Positions 1 through 14,763 of a DNA stretch of 64,000 bases are shown piece after piece. Within the stretch, counting starts at the first letter, position 1, and every line of letters starts with the position of its first letter. Location of the stretch: positions 9,241,274-9,305,273 of the forward strand of contig CM119269.1 of assembly GCA_051294375.1 (NCBI GenBank). The letters run 5' to 3'. The notes beneath the pieces are model-generated. The model saw only the letters and a list, made by a program, of their open reading frames with translations. It did not search any database and was not told the origin of the DNA. Position numbers and translations under genes: made by a program. This DNA is from Paraspadella gotoi (Eukaryota; Animalia; Chaetognatha).

Positions 1-26
1 AGAAGAGCATAATAGAAAAGACAGAC

Positions 27-60
<34 letters not shown>

Positions 61-1164
61 CAGAGCAGAGAGATTTTAACTTCAAAGTCTCTCTTTCGCC
101 CTGAGTGTCTTTTCTCTCTCTCTCTTCATCTCTCTCTCTACTCTCTCTCGTCTCTCCTCTCTCATCTTCTCATCCTCTCTCTTCTTCTCTCTCTCTCGTC
201 TCTCTCTGCTCTCATCTTCTTTTCTCTCTTCTTGACGTCTTCTTTCCTCCCTTCCTCCCTTTTTCTTCCAATTTTCCCCTTTTTCTCTATGATCCGCCAT
301 CTTTGCATCTTCCTCGCCGACAATCACGCGGCCGACGACGACGACGACGACGACGAATGACGACGGCGGCAGAAGAGGAAACATTGAAAACATTGGAAAA
401 TCTTTTTTTTAAAAAAAGGAACGAAAAAAGAAAAAAAAAGGAGAAAAATGACGTAAAAATCTCGTCGCGAAAATGCGAATCCTTAATTAGTTACTAATAC
501 GATGACACTCCAGACGTCGCGGTCGTCGTCGTCGACGTCGTCGTCGCCATCGTCGTCGTCGTCGTCGTCGCCATCGTCGTTGTCGTCGTCGTCATTGCCG
601 TCGACCGCGTCGCATAAATATGACAAAAATGAGTTTCTCATTTCCCGGTTTGGCGGAATTAGGTTTGGAAGGAAAGATGGGGAGGGGAGGGAGGGAGGGG
701 GAGAGAAGGAGAGAGGAGGGAGGGAGAGAGGAGGAGAAAAGAGAGGGAGAGAGAGAGAGAGGAGGAAAAAAGGGAGGAAAGGGAATGATTAGAAGGAAAA
801 TAGTTGACAGTCATAAATTCCAGACTTGAAAAATATTTGACATCCTCCAAAAATCCAGTCATACAATAGACTTTAAATATATATTAATTAAATAATAAGT
901 ACGAACGGGTAATCAAAATAAAGCCCTAACTTAACCCTCCAACCCAAGAAGCAACAACCTAATTTCTGATTCTTCTTCGAAAACTAATTCCATTCCTACT
1001 ATGATAATGGGTGCGTTGTAGTTGTCGTTGTCATCGTGGTCGTTGTCGTTGTCATTGTGGTCGTTGTCGCTGTGGTCGTTGTCGCTGTACTTGTGGCCGT
1101 CGTTGTCATTGTGGTCGTTGTCGTCCTCATTGTCATTATTAAATCAACGAAGCGTCAGAAAACT

Positions 1165-1441
1165 TAATTTCTTGAGGACATGGCATGGCTACTTGGTCTT
1201 ACGATTCTTGAGGACCCCCCCCCCCCATGCTGGCTATTTGGTCTTACGATTTTTTCTTGAGGACATGCGGCATGGCTGATTGGTCTTACGATTCTTGAGA
1301 CATGGCATGAGCTATTGGTCTACGATTCTTGAGGACATGGGCATGGCTATGTCTTACGATTCTTCGGAGGACATGGCATTGGCTATTGGTCTTTTACGTT
1401 CTTTGAGGCATGGCATGGCTATTGGTCTTAACGATTCTGAC
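1165..1441. repeat. Minisatellite, ~35 bp unit, ~7 degenerate copies
   Basis: Unit CTTACGATTCTTGAGGACATGGCATGGCTATTGGT recurs in tandem with small indels. Confidence 0.9.
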
Positions 1442-4184
1442 CAAATCTGACAATCCTAGAAGTGCGGGACTCGTACGGGACTTCAACCTTTGGACCTTTT
1501 TGGTCATATGGGGTCAAGTGCTGAAAACTGCTCTCCGAAGAGTCGGATAGAGTAAAAGAGAAGAGAGGGGAGGTAGAAAAAAAATAGTGTGGAAGAATTG
1601 TGAATAAAAAATGAAAGAGAAGATAAGACAAGAGAAGTCGAAGAGGGGAAATATAAGAGAGAAAAAAGAAAAAAAAAAGAAAGTCCGAGAGGATGAGAAA
1701 AGAGGGAAAGCAAGAGTAAAGAGAGGTGAAAGGGATAACGAAGAGAGTTAAAAGTGAAAGGAAATAAAGGTGAAAGAGAATCGTGAGAGAAGTGGATTAG
1801 TCTAGATTTATTTGAGCGAAAGACGAAACTTGGGCCGACAGGTAATCGTAGGGGGGAAATTGACGAAAACGGAGGAGTAAGGATGATAGCGACGTTTTAA
1901 ATGAGATTTCGATGGAATTGGGATGAGATCGACGAAAATTGAAGGTGATATGCTTACTAAATTACGTCCCTTTAGTTTTATTAGCCTTGTCTTGTATAGA
2001 GGACCACTCTATTTCCGGATAACAACAGTAACCTACCTACTATCCTTTAATATTCAAATATATATTAAAGGTTCAATATAATTTAATTATAAGAATCTGA
2101 AAAATGTCTTTCTTTTATTAGTAAAAGTTTATTAATTTTATAGAATTGTAAACTATTTAAAAATATTTTAAACTATTAAGAATATTTTTTTAATTTAAAA
2201 GTATATTTATAGTTAAACCAGAATTCTTGTAACTTTTATACGAAAAATAATTATCATCTTTTTTCGGGAAAACCGATAAGAGAGGGAAATTTGTTCAACT
2301 GACAAAATCGACAATGAGAAGCGAAATCTAGAAAAACGACAACAAAAAATGAGGAAGAGGAGGAGGAGGAGGAAGAGGAGGAAGAAGAGGAGCGAGTGAC
2401 TCTGAGATGAACATCATCAATTCCTCGGAGTATTTCCCTCAAACAATCTAATCAGTTTCTCATCTATCTTTCGCGGACCTGATGTCAACTCTCTCTCTCT
2501 CCTTTCTCTCTCTCTCTCTCCTCTCTCTCTTCTCTCTCTCTCTCCCTCTCTCTCTCTCTCTTCACCCCCACTCACCCACTCTGTCTCGCTACTGCTGATG
2601 GAATTGTTTCCATCCTTTTCCAATTTCCTTTCATTCCCTTTTTTTTCTCTCTTTTTCTTACGACCCTTTTTTCCTTTTTTCCTTTTTTTTTCTCTCGGAT
2701 CCTTTCTTATTTTTGTTTATGGAGGAAGAGAGAGTTTTTGGCGCTGGTCGAGGGAAATCAGCAGGCGTGGGCGCCGCCGCCGCCGCTGCCACCGCCGCCC
2801 CAGCCGCAGCCGCTAACGCTGTTGCCTCCATCCCCAATTTCATTCTCCATTTTTCCAGATCGATTTTTCTTTTTTCCATTTTTATCTGACTGTCTGTCTA
2901 TTTGTCTGTCTGACTGTCTTTCATTGATCCTGCGTCATGCTTAAAAACAAACCCGTTTCATGCCATGCCCTGTGACGCCATTCCTTCTAGGCCACACCGT
3001 CCCAATCACATTTAATAGATTTTTAACTTGCCACGTTCTCACAATTCCAATAAGTATTCACGACACCCGAATTTCAGTTTCACGCATAATCAAAGCCACC
3101 ATTAAAGAAGCCCATATTTTCCGATACGTTTCTCTCACTATGCAATGCATCCATTGCATTCAATTCTTACAATGCATAATATGCAATGCATGTAATTCAA
3201 TGCGATTTTCAATGTCAAAGCTCTCTTCTTTTATGCTCGTCCTACCCCACATCGTCTTTCTCCTCCTCTTCTTCCCTTTTTCCTCCCCTTACTCTTCTCC
3301 TCTTCCTCCTCCCATTTTATTACCTCGCCTCTTTCATCCCTCCTCGTTTCCTTCCTTCCCTCTCTCCTCCGCGTGATACAAGAAAGAGTGAAACAATCAC
3401 CGAATCTTCACTTCAACCCCCCCCCCGATAGCTCCAGCTTTCATTTTCTCGCTTGCTTTTTTTCAATCGCTATTTTTTTCTCAAGTTTGCTTTTTTTTCT
3501 TTTTTTCTCTTTCTGTGTCTCTCATTATAAAGCTGGCTTACTTTCAATCGGCTTTTATGGTCTCGCTGTTACTCTTTCATTTTTTAAATACCACGGGGTA
3601 AGCTAATTTTTTTGTGAGAAAAACATTACATATCCCACACAGTAATTGCTTCAAATACTGCTACTCTAATTCCCTTATCGAAAAAAATGTGTTCTCAGTA
3701 ATACATTTACAACCGACGTCCACCGAGATTTCCCGAGTAAATTTTTGAAGAGGTACTTACCAACGAAGCTGCCAAGAGTAAGCATAAATATGCTAAGCAG
3801 CTCGAGGAAAGGGAAGAGAGAAAGAGGGAAGGTGAGAAGCCCAATGCGGGTAATAAAGAGGACAGGGCCGGGGAAAGTCGGGGTTTTAGTTTTGGGGCGC
3901 GGGGGGTAAATTGGGGGTGTCGATGAGGGTTTGGGTTGTAGAAGTAGAAGGGTAAAAATGGTGCTTAAAAGCGAGAAATTCAGGGATGTACCTTTTGAAA
4001 TGAGAACTGATTGAACCATTGCGCAAGTTCCGTTTTAACTAGGATAAACAAAGCGATAAAATATTAGGAAAGGGAAATTAGATATTTTAATCAAGGGAAT
4101 GAAAATTTAAAAATAGACAGTGATTAAAAGTCTTGATTGAAAGCTTGCAGGATCCGGCTATGTTTTAAGTTTTTGAGTGGAATA

Positions 4185-4268
4185 AAGGCCTTATTCCACC
4201 AACGTAAGGGGCACGATAGCTTATTTATTAAATGTATGGTTGATCTTTATATTGGTTGTACCAATTTT
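4185..4268 (+). mobile_element. Short dispersed repeat family, copy 1 (MITE/SINE-like)
   Basis: Core GATAGCTTATTTATTAAATG...TGGTTGTACCAATTT is shared with copies at 25.3, 30.5, 32.8 and 40.2 kb. Confidence 0.6.
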
Positions 4269-4419
4269 ATAGAGAAGATGTTTGAGGAAATGAACTTTAA
4301 GGTTTGCAAATTTTGTGGTTTTAAATTTGGGGGTTTAGCGGAAAACGAGACAGAAGGGACAAAAATTTAGGGATGGGATGGGTCAGGAAAAAGGGGACCG
4401 TCGCTGTCGTTAGGGAAAA

Positions 4420-4487
<68 letters not shown>

Positions 4488-6069
4488 CTCTTCCTCTCTC
4501 TCTCTCTCTCTCTTCTCTCTCCCCCCCCACATCTACCAAAGCCCTTTCCTCTCTCGGCCGTAAACCTTTGATGCACGTTCATTGCTGCTCCGGAGTTAAT
4601 GTGCAAATATTTTTGCAAAAGAAATGATAGCATAAATTGGTTTTACCGTTTTACGACGCTATAATCATTATTACGGACGGGCGGGTCTCTCCTCTCTTCG
4701 GCATCCTCTGGCCCGCGACCGAGGGAGGGGGGGGAGCAAGAGGGGGGAAAGAGGGAGAGAGGGAGGAAGGGAGGAACCCGCGAAACACGAGGGGCCGCCC
4801 GGCGAGTGAGAGATTTCCTCGTCTTCACCCCGTCCTTCGTTGTGGGGGAGGGTGGAAGGGAGGAAGGAAGATGGCGGTGGAGGAAGAGGAAAGGAAAGAT
4901 CTGGAAATCGAGAGAAAAGGGAGGAAAAGAGGAGGTGAAGGAGTGGAAGGAATTGAGGAAATGGAGAAAGCAAGAGGAAAAGAAAAGAAGGGGATGAAGA
5001 AGAGAAAGTTGGAAAAGGAGGACGAAAGGTTAGGGAGGAAAGGAGAAAAGAAAGATAGAGGGAGTTAAACAGGAGGAAAGAAAAGAATAAGGGGGCGGGC
5101 GAATGGGGGGATAATACGCAGCCCGATCTTCCCAGAGTTGTTGTGATTCTACAGCGAAACTCCCGCATTTATGTACCGTGGATTCCGAATTGCCTCGACT
5201 CTGCCGTAGAGCAAATGGGGCATTGTAGAAGTAGTCGTCGTTATCGTCGTTGTCGGCGGTGGCGGCNNNNNNNNNNGCGGCGGCGGCGGCGGCGCCGTGG
5301 AACTATCGAACAAAGGAATCTAGAAGGAAAATAACATTTGAAAAGAGAAAAAACAGAGAAAGGAAACTAGGAAAAAAGGATAATAGAAAATTTAAAGGAA
5401 CAAAGTATGGAAATTTAAAAAAGAAACCTTTCGAAGCAATTGAATCACGATGAAAAAAAGTTAGGCCCTTTCTCAAGTAAAAGTTGGTTTCTCTTTGTCG
5501 CTCATAAACTTGTTTTCGATATCACACAGTGGAGGGTTTCATCCTCCACCTCCTTTTCCACTGTGGGCCCCACGATGGCTCATTGAATAGATGTCTGATT
5601 CGCGGAAAATGATTCGCTGCGTCGACTGATTATAATTAAATTTTTATGGCCGCAATTGTTTAAAAAAAAAGTAATAAATTACGGCAGTGGCTCAAGATGC
5701 AAAAGCAGTTTGTATTCATAGCAAGAAAATGTACCAGGATAATTAAAATGAATAATAAAGAAATAAAATAAATACATGAAAATTAAAAAAAATGAAACAA
5801 CTTTAGGGTTTATGATAATTTAGCTTATCCTTTGGCTCGTTGTTTAAATTCTATTTCATAAAGAAATTATAACAAAAATGGAAATGAAATGAAATGTAAA
5901 TGAACATTTACTAATGCAGTTTTTCAATACATTTATAAATTTTATTACATCAGTTGATAAAAGAACTATTTCAATGATGAAAACGATCTCATCCACCTGA
6001 TCCGTCCGTCCGTCCGTCTGTCCATCAATCCTTCCTTCCCTTTTTTTTTCTAATTCGAGTTTCACAAAT

Positions 6070-6410
6070 GATAGGGCATCGGCGTCACCCTTGACCAGTC
6101 GGCGTCATCATCTGCATCTGACGCCACGCCGACGCCACCGGCGTCCATCGACGTCACCGGCGTCCATCGACCCCGATCATAATCGTTCACCCGCACGAAG
6201 TGCGCGCCCCGGCCGGACGCCCCTTTTGGCCCGGCGAGGAACGCGACCCGGAAGTGGCGCTCGATCGTCGTCGTCGTCGTCGTCGTCGAAGGCACGTCCG
6301 GGATTTAACGACTTTCGATATCAACGCCGACAGGATCGAATTCTCGTCTCTGATTGGCGGAGAAGAAATCGTATCAAAAGACGCGATTGGTCGAGCGACG
6401 GCGGATGACG
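6070..6410. promoter_or_regulatory. GC/CpG-rich island with ETS-like and CCAAT motifs
   Basis: CCGGAAGTGGCG at ~6248; GATTGG boxes at ~6352 and ~6385; further CCAATC at ~7015 and ~7068. No convincing reading frame. Confidence 0.35.
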
Positions 6411-6792
6411 CGAGAGAGAGAGATATAAAAAAAAAGTTGTTCCAACGATGGCGGAAGAGAGAGAGGGAGAGAGAGAGAGAGAGATCGTCTCGCTCTCACT
6501 CTTTCGCACGGCCTTTCGCGCGGGAGGTCGACGATTCCTCGTCGTCTCCAGCGTCTAACGATAATGTCCGTCCTGCCCCTGGGTTCCCTCGCTCCTCTTT
6601 AAGAGGAGATTTAATGTCTTGATTCGGTGCTTATATTCTCCGTCGATGGCTGTTATTTCGCGGTATTATGGCAAGATTGGACCCCATTAAGGCCACTATA
6701 AACCTTGCCTGGAACGGCCTGGCTTTTCCTTTTTTATGAAGCGAGAAATGGGGATCGAAGGGGGGGGGTAAGATTCCGGAGAGGCCAGAGAA

Positions 6793-6900
<108 letters not shown>

Positions 6901-7932
6901 GATACGTGATACTGCGAATTAATAGCATCTCTCTCCCTCTCTCTCTCTCCAACGCCCTGTTTCAACATGGCCAAGGAAAATCCGCTTTGGATGAAATCGA
7001 AAGAGGGATGCCAGCCAATCACAGTCGAGTCTTGGGCCGTTCGTCCAAAGGTCTTGGAGGGCTGTAGCCAATCAGCGTCGATGATTCGTCTGGACGGCGT
7101 TTAATGGGTCACTAAGCGGAAATCAATGTGGATGGCGCCGGTGGGAAAAGGTGCTGATAGAGAGGGAGAGAGAGAGAGAGGGGGGGGGAGAAAGAAAGAG
7201 AGGAAGAGAAAGAAGGATGATGAAGAAGGAATAAATGAAATATTGTCGGCGAAAAGAGCGAAAAATATGTAATATGTACAAAAAAATTGCAAGATTACCT
7301 GTTTTTCTACTTATTTTAAACTAAATTAACCAAATTTTAAAACGAATATAAAAGTTTAATTCATTTCACATAATTATTAGATTGAATTATTGTTTATCTA
7401 AATAAAAGAGGATATAAAAAACGGGAGAGAAATAAAAAGAATTGAGTAAGTCGTTTCAAATTTTAAAAAAATGTGTCAATTGAAAAAGGACAACCATGAG
7501 CGGAAATGTATTTCAAAAATGGTTAGAACTTAGGCGATAATTAATTTGAAATCAAAACTGAGAAACATGACATCAGTGCAAGGAAGAGAATACTAAGTGC
7601 AGTGACTTCTCTATTAAGAGCAAATTGCTGTTAGACTGCCTTCAACTGAAGCAAAGAGACTTGAGCCCAGTAGCGGGCGTTGGCGGCGACGACGGCGGCG
7701 GCCTTCCGCCCTCCCGGCTTTAACGCCATTCGTTTTTACGAGTTTATGCTTAATTGAATAATTATAATCGGGTCGTAACGACGGATAGCCCCCGTAAGGC
7801 GACTAAAAAAAGAGTATCACCCTGTCCATAAAACCTGATTGCCAAACGACACTGCTGTCATGGGACCAGCAAGAGGGGATTTTTTTTAAGCGCTGTACTA
7901 TCGTTTATATGTAACGCTCGCGGAGCAATCGT

Positions 7933-8024
<92 letters not shown>

Positions 8025-8539
8025 ATCTCTCTCTCTTTCTCGCTGTTTATTGCTTTCTCCCGATGAATTTTGATTATCCTTTTGGGTTTTTCTGTGGGTT
8101 TTTCACTGATTTTCGCGTGACTTCGTATGGCGGGAAAAAAAATCACTTAAAAAATGTTATCGTCTGGATTTTGAGAAAATAAATAAAATCGAGAAACTAT
8201 TTTGGAGTCTTTCTCGAATCTTATGATGCCAGTTTAATCTTTTGTTTAAATATTAATTGTTGGGCATCATCTTAGATAGAGCAGAAAAAAGCATATAAAA
8301 AATAAATCTAAGTTTCATTCAAACATTTGATTTCTCACGTCAAGAAGTTATAAAATATTGACAAAAGTAAAAGGTATCTAGAGCATATCACATTTTTATA
8401 ATAGCAAAACTAACTTTTAATTAAAAAAATAATTCTTTATTTTCCTCAATGGTTTTCTAAAATGAAATAAATCAAAAACTAAGTCGGACAAGGCGAAAAT
8501 TGAATTGACTTTCTTTGCTAATTTTTTTCAATCTCTCTC

Positions 8540-8571
<32 letters not shown>

Positions 8572-8582
8572 ATCTATCTATC

Positions 8583-8658
<76 letters not shown>

Positions 8659-8758
8659 GCGTCATTTCTACAGACGAGTCGGCGATTCACGGGTCATCTG
8701 TGATTGAAACGCTTGAAAAGACATCGTCCCTCTCATTTCTCTTCTCTCCTCTCTCTCT

Positions 8759-8803
<45 letters not shown>

Positions 8804-8886
8804 TCTCTCTCACAGACATCATCCGTCAAGGTTCTTCTCCGCTGAGAAAATGCCACGGCGTCGCTGCCAAGAACGGTGAACACGGT

Positions 8887-9160
8887 GAAGTAACTGAAGT
8901 GTCACGGGCGTGACATAGAGTTGCGGTTGTGATACTGTTCTGAAACAGTGACTCAGAGAAGTAGCTAAAGTGTCACGGCCGTGCCATAGAGTTGCCATTG
9001 TGACGCGGTTCTGAAACAGTTAGATGGTGAAGTAACTGAAGTGTCACGAGCGTGACACAGAATTGCGGTTGTGACGCTTTTCTGAAACAGTGACAGGGTG
9101 AAGTTGCTGAAGTGTCACGGGCGTGACATAGAGTTCCGGTTTTGACGCTACGGTGACACG
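8887..9160. repeat. Minisatellite, ~71 bp unit x4, with internal palindrome
   Basis: Unit GAAGTAACTGAAGTGTCACGGGCGTGACATAGAGTTGCGGTTGTGA...TTCTGAAACAGTGA starts at ~8887, 8958, 9029 and 9100. Confidence 0.9.
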
Positions 9161-9619
9161 TGTCTCGGTAGTGATATTGCATTTCTCTGCGAAGTCACGC
9201 CACGGTCAAAGGGCATTCACACCTTGACCACGCCCTGGAAGCGCTACTGTCACGCCAAGAGCTGTCCCCATTCGGTCGCGAAGTCAAAGCGGAAATGAAA
9301 TATAGAAATTGAGAAAAAGATTGTGTGGGCGTGTCTAAGTGACGAGGGAGTCAGGGGTTGGGTTGCGGGGTGGTGACGATAAGGGCCACACCCGAAAAGG
9401 CACGGTGCTTCGGGCACGGGGTCGTACGCGGGCAGGGGTGATAGAAGATAGGCGTGGCTAAAGTCCCGGGTTAGAGCCCCGTCCTTGCGAAAAATAACAA
9501 GTAATTTTTTTTTTTTTTTTTTTTTTGCTGATGACAAATTCGAGGATAAGCGAAAAAGAGAAAAACTCATTTTAAATATTTGGAGATTTTTTAAAAATTT
9601 TTAAAAGTTGTTGCGACCA

Positions 9620-9656
<37 letters not shown>

Positions 9657-10057
9657 TGTCAAGGATTTCGGGTTCCTCGTCGTCTTCTTCTCTATGATTG
9701 CACTCGTTATTTCTTTCATTGCTATTTTCAACTTTTTTTGCAAACGCTTTTGCCATCAGAGTCTCTGTCACCATCATCGCTATCACGATCGGCACTGTCA
9801 CAATCACAGTCCTATTTATTTTTATCATCAGTATCACTGTCATCATCGTCACTATCAACAGTTGGATTAAATCCACAATCACATTTTTCATCTAATGAAG
9901 ATAATTTATCACAATCACTCTCATTATCACAGGAACAGATTAATTTTTGTCACCGTCATCACTGTCGTTTTCACAGTCAAAATCACCCGCCATCACCTTC
10001 AACATCACAGTCTCAATCTCCATCATCGTTTTCACAATTTCAGACAAAATCACCGTG

Positions 10058-10130
<73 letters not shown>
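10058..10130. repeat. (ATC)n microsatellite
   Basis: Pure trinucleotide run; source of the spurious poly-H, poly-I and poly-M ORFs. Confidence 0.95.
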
Positions 10131-10859
10131 CAATCACCTCATCATCTATGATCTCCATGATTCCCTTCCTCCTTCTTTCCCCTTATTACCTTCATACGAG
10201 TCTTTTTCGCTTTTCTAATTTGGCGCCAAATTTTCGATGCGACAAACATCGACTCAATTCTTCTCCTTATGTCTGGGAAATGGGGATAACAGTCTCCCTC
10301 TTCCTGCTCCTCCTCCTCCTCCTCTTCCTCCTCTTCCTCCTCCTTCTCCTCCTCCTTCTCTTATTCTTATTCCTCGGTCTGCTTCTCAATCTCTTTTCTT
10401 CTTCTGCTATCTTCTTTTCTCGCTTCTTGTTCTTTACTTTTTTCCTTTTTTTTCTCATTCTTTTTTTTTTTTCCTCCTTTTCACTTTTTTCGTTTCCTTT
10501 TTTTCTATCCTCTTATATGTTGTTTTATTCTTACCTTATTTCTCCTCCGTTTTTCTTTTTGTTTTCTTTTTTTTTATCATCATTTCTTTTTTCTTTTCTC
10601 CATTCCTTCATTCAGTCTAAATGTACTTATAAATTGTTCTTTTCATTTTACCCTTTTGACATTCTTTCCTTCTTTCCTTCTTTCCTTCTTTCCTTCCGAT
10701 CTCCCTTTCCTCTCCAACAATTCTCTCCAACATTTCCTCCCTCTATTCATCTTTCCTTTTCCTCCATAATCATTCTACCAGATTGAATCCCAGATTGTTT
10801 CCAACTATTTTTTCCTCCCAAATCTTTTTTTTTTCAATTTTTGCGTTTCGTCTTTTCCA

Positions 10860-10899
<40 letters not shown>

Positions 10900-11910
10900 C
10901 TCCTCCTCCTCCTCACCAGTATCCACTTCTTTTCTCTGTCTCCGTTTTTCTGTTATTTTCTTCGGCGTCTCCAATTTCTTCTGTTGTGATATTTCTCTTT
11001 CCTTCTCTTTTCTATTACGTCTTTTTTTCCTCCTTAGTTGTTATTCCTATAGCAGAGCTAAATATCATTTTCCTCGTCGCTTTTATTCTCATAATTCTTG
11101 ACTTTTTTCTTTCTCATTTTAATCGTTCTTTAATCTTTATCCTTCTTTTATTTAAAAACTACTTAATATCTTTCTTATCGCTTTCCTAATCCTCTTTTCA
11201 TTGTTTTACTTTTTTATCTCCCTCTCCTCCTTCTCTCCTTTTTCTCCCTCCCTCCTCCTCTCTTTCCTCCCTATCCTCTTCCTCCCTTTTTTACCTCTCC
11301 TCCTCCTCCTCTTCCTCCTCCTCCCCCTTTTCTCCCTCTCCTCCTCCTTTCCCTCCCTCTCCTCCTCCTCCCTTCCTCCCTCTTCATTGTGTCTAGATTT
11401 TCTCCGCCATCTTATTCACTGGTCGGACGACTCGGCGCCGTCGATATCATTTCAACGATTCCAGCCTCATGAAGAGTCGAGGACGAGGAGGAGAAGGAGG
11501 AAGAGGAGGAGGAGGAGGTGGAGGAAGGGAAGAAAGGGAGAGGGAAATGAGAAGAAGGTCGGGATGGGAAGAAAATACATATCCTCTGAAAATCAATTGA
11601 TCATAACAAACAAACCCAAAATGATAATAATAATAACAAGAGAGATGGATTTTACCTTTTAATACAAAAGAAAAACAATATATTATTACATTACATTATA
11701 TAAAAGAAATTTAATATTAAAAAAAGTATTTCCTTTTTTTTCTTTCACTCAAATTTTTTTTTCAGCGAAATATTCACCGTCTATATTCTTCCTCCCAACC
11801 TCTCTCTCTCTCACTCTCTCTCTCTCTCTTTCTATCTCTCTTGTTTCCTCTGAGTTTGTAGGTGATAATTTTTATCATAAAGCCAAAAGAAATGACACAG
11901 AAACAAAAAC

Positions 11911-11998
<88 letters not shown>

Positions 11999-12068
11999 TC
12001 ATTTTTTTTTCTAGCAAACTCGGCGACGACGAATCGATTTGGTGAGCGTGGGATGGGGTTAGAGATAG

Positions 12069-12144
<76 letters not shown>

Positions 12145-12656
12145 AGAGAGAGAGATTTACGGTGCCAATACCTTGAGAAGAGGTGAGGGAATATGGAAAG
12201 CCGACAGTCGTTAGTCTCAGTTCATGCAGAAATCATTTGAGGGAAGGGAGGGGGCGGAGGAGGAAGAGGAGGAAGAGGAAGAGGAGAAGGAAACAGTTTG
12301 GAGATGAGGAGGGAGGAAAGGAAGGGATGATTTATGTGTGGAGGTTGGGAGGAATTTTGAGAGGAAAAGACTGGAAGGATGCATTAAAGCGAAATAATTT
12401 ATAATTTAGAAATAAATTATTATTCATCAAAAATATTAATTTTTTTTAATAAAGTTAAGGATCAAGAAATGATAGAAAATGAAGGAGTAAACTTGAAAAG
12501 AAAAGGAACGCAATAGGAATAGGAAAGGAATAGAAAAAGGAGAGAAAAGAAAAAGGAAAAGGAAAAAGAAAGGACGAGGAGCAGGAGGAAGAGGAAGAGG
12601 AAAGGGAGCGATGAAGGAAGACATCAAAGAATCGTCTCGGCGACAAAAACCAGGAT

Positions 12657-12687
<31 letters not shown>

Positions 12688-13377
12688 TCCCGTCGCCGTT
12701 TAGATAACTCCATTTTCCCAGATGCATATTAGAGCGTCTGGGTGTCTCGACGGCTGGGGAATGGAAGCAGGGTGGGTAGGGTGTAGGGAAAAGGTGGAAG
12801 GCTGGGTGGACAGGGTGGTAGAATGGAAAGTAGGTTTAAGGTAGGATGGGTTGGTAAAAGATGAGATGAGAGCGTTAAGGACAATGTAACGGGGAAATGT
12901 TTAAATGTTTTTTTTGTTAATGATTAAATATTTCTTGAGAAATCTGAAGGCAAAGGGTTAGTAAACTTAGTTTAGATCTTGGAGGTGGGATCACCGTCTC
13001 CTTTCCCGAGGTGATTCATTCACAGTTAAATTATTAAAAACATGTTAGAAATATTAGTTAGATATAAAAATAGTCAAGGAAAGAAAAAACGAAGAAACTA
13101 ACGTAGAAAATAAAAGGAGAGACGAGTGGGTGAAAGTCATGGCCGAGAGGCGGTGAAGGTAGACGGGGGAGGAAAAGGAGAAGAATGAAGAAAAAGAGAA
13201 AAGAGGATAAGAAAAGAAAGAAGAAGGAGGAAAAGGGAAAAAAAAAGGGAGGAAAATAGAAAAAGGAAAGAAGAAAGAAAAACAAGAAAATGACGATGGG
13301 CGTAACGAGAAAGAAGAGGATATCAAACACCTGTGATGCGTTTAAAGGAGATGAAAAATGAAGAAGGAAAGTGGGAA

Positions 13378-13418
<41 letters not shown>

Positions 13419-13518
13419 ATACAGGGAGAGAGGATCAGGAGGAAATGAGAGACAGAAAATCGCGGGAAACTTTATCGTGAATCTGAGAGATTAGGAGAAA
13501 AATGTCGAGAATGAGGAG

Positions 13519-13566
<48 letters not shown>

Positions 13567-13580
13567 GAGGAGGAGAGTAG

Positions 13581-13616
<36 letters not shown>

Positions 13617-13965
13617 CACCTTCTATGAAAAAGGTCATAAAGAGAAATCTTCACTCGATTTCGTTCGAGTCAAAAGTGAATCAAAAATAGAAAAAAAGAG
13701 ACGAAGATAATCGACGTCGGACGCCACATCGTCGCCATTTGCGGCGCCACGCCCACCGGCCACGCCCATCAAGAGCCCGGCGCCATCTCCCCCTCTTTCC
13801 TAGGAGGTGCCGACGACGCCAACGACGCCGACGACGCCGCCCATTCAACGCCGGGCGCCATTCTCCATTGCCAGGCGTCGCTTGTCCGTCTTCATTGGCT
13901 TCATTTCATCTTCATCGTCTATCAAAACAGTCACCGGAGATTGAGAGAGAGAGAGAGAAGAGAGC

Positions 13966-13997
<32 letters not shown>

Positions 13998-14763
13998 CAA
14001 TAAGCCGTGAAAGAGAGGGAGCAGGAACAGAAGTATAGGGAAGAAAAGGTAGGATGCCAGCAAGATAGAAAGAAGGAAGAAATAGAAAGAGAGAGAAAGA
14101 GAAGTAATCACAGAGAGTGGAAGCAAAGAAATATAAAATTCCCGGTGAAGGAAAACGAAAGGGTAAAGAGAGAAAGTGAGATGAAGCCTCCAATGAGAAG
14201 ACTGGATTTCGACGCTGACGACGGCCGTCCCATCCAATCAGAGGCCGCCGTCCTAGACGCCGCCCTCTCCACGCGTCATTTAAGGGAGGCTGAATTAATT
14301 CGAATATAAAAAGGATGAGGAAAAGAGGAGGAGGAGGAGGAGGAAGAAGAAGGGAGAAGTAGAGAGGGGAAGAAGAGGCAGAGGAAGGACCTGGGTGGAT
14401 GAGATAGAAGGGAGAAGGGAGTTCGGTTGAAAGGGGGAATTTTAAAAGTTTTTGAGTAAGATAAGAGAAAGGGGGAATTTCAGTTAGATATGAATAAAAA
14501 AAAGTTTATGGAGCAAGAGAGAGATAGAAGGATAGACTGAAAGATAAAATAGTTGAACGAAAATGAGATACAAAGATGTCTAAGATTGAAAGATAGGGAC
14601 AGAGAGAGAGAGAGTACAGGGCAGAGAGAGTAAAACAAACGTAGAAAAAGGGGGGAAATGTGACTAAGTCTTTTTCTTCACCTTATATGTCATCACAGAT
14701 AAATAGAATAGAATAGAAAAGTTAAAGTAGACAGAGATTTCATTATCCTGTCAACTTACTTAA

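Noticed and set aside
3755-3960. Possible minus-strand exon ending at a strong GTAAGT donor (~3760)
   Set aside because: Hydrophobic but unrecognisable; no phase-consistent partner exon identified.
5525-5565. Hairpin CACAGTGGA...TCCACTGTG, possible miRNA
   Set aside because: Stem too short and no recognisable miRNA sequence.
8887-9160. CRISPR-like array with palindromic repeats
   Set aside because: Linkers are homologous to each other, there are no cas genes, and the context is eukaryotic.
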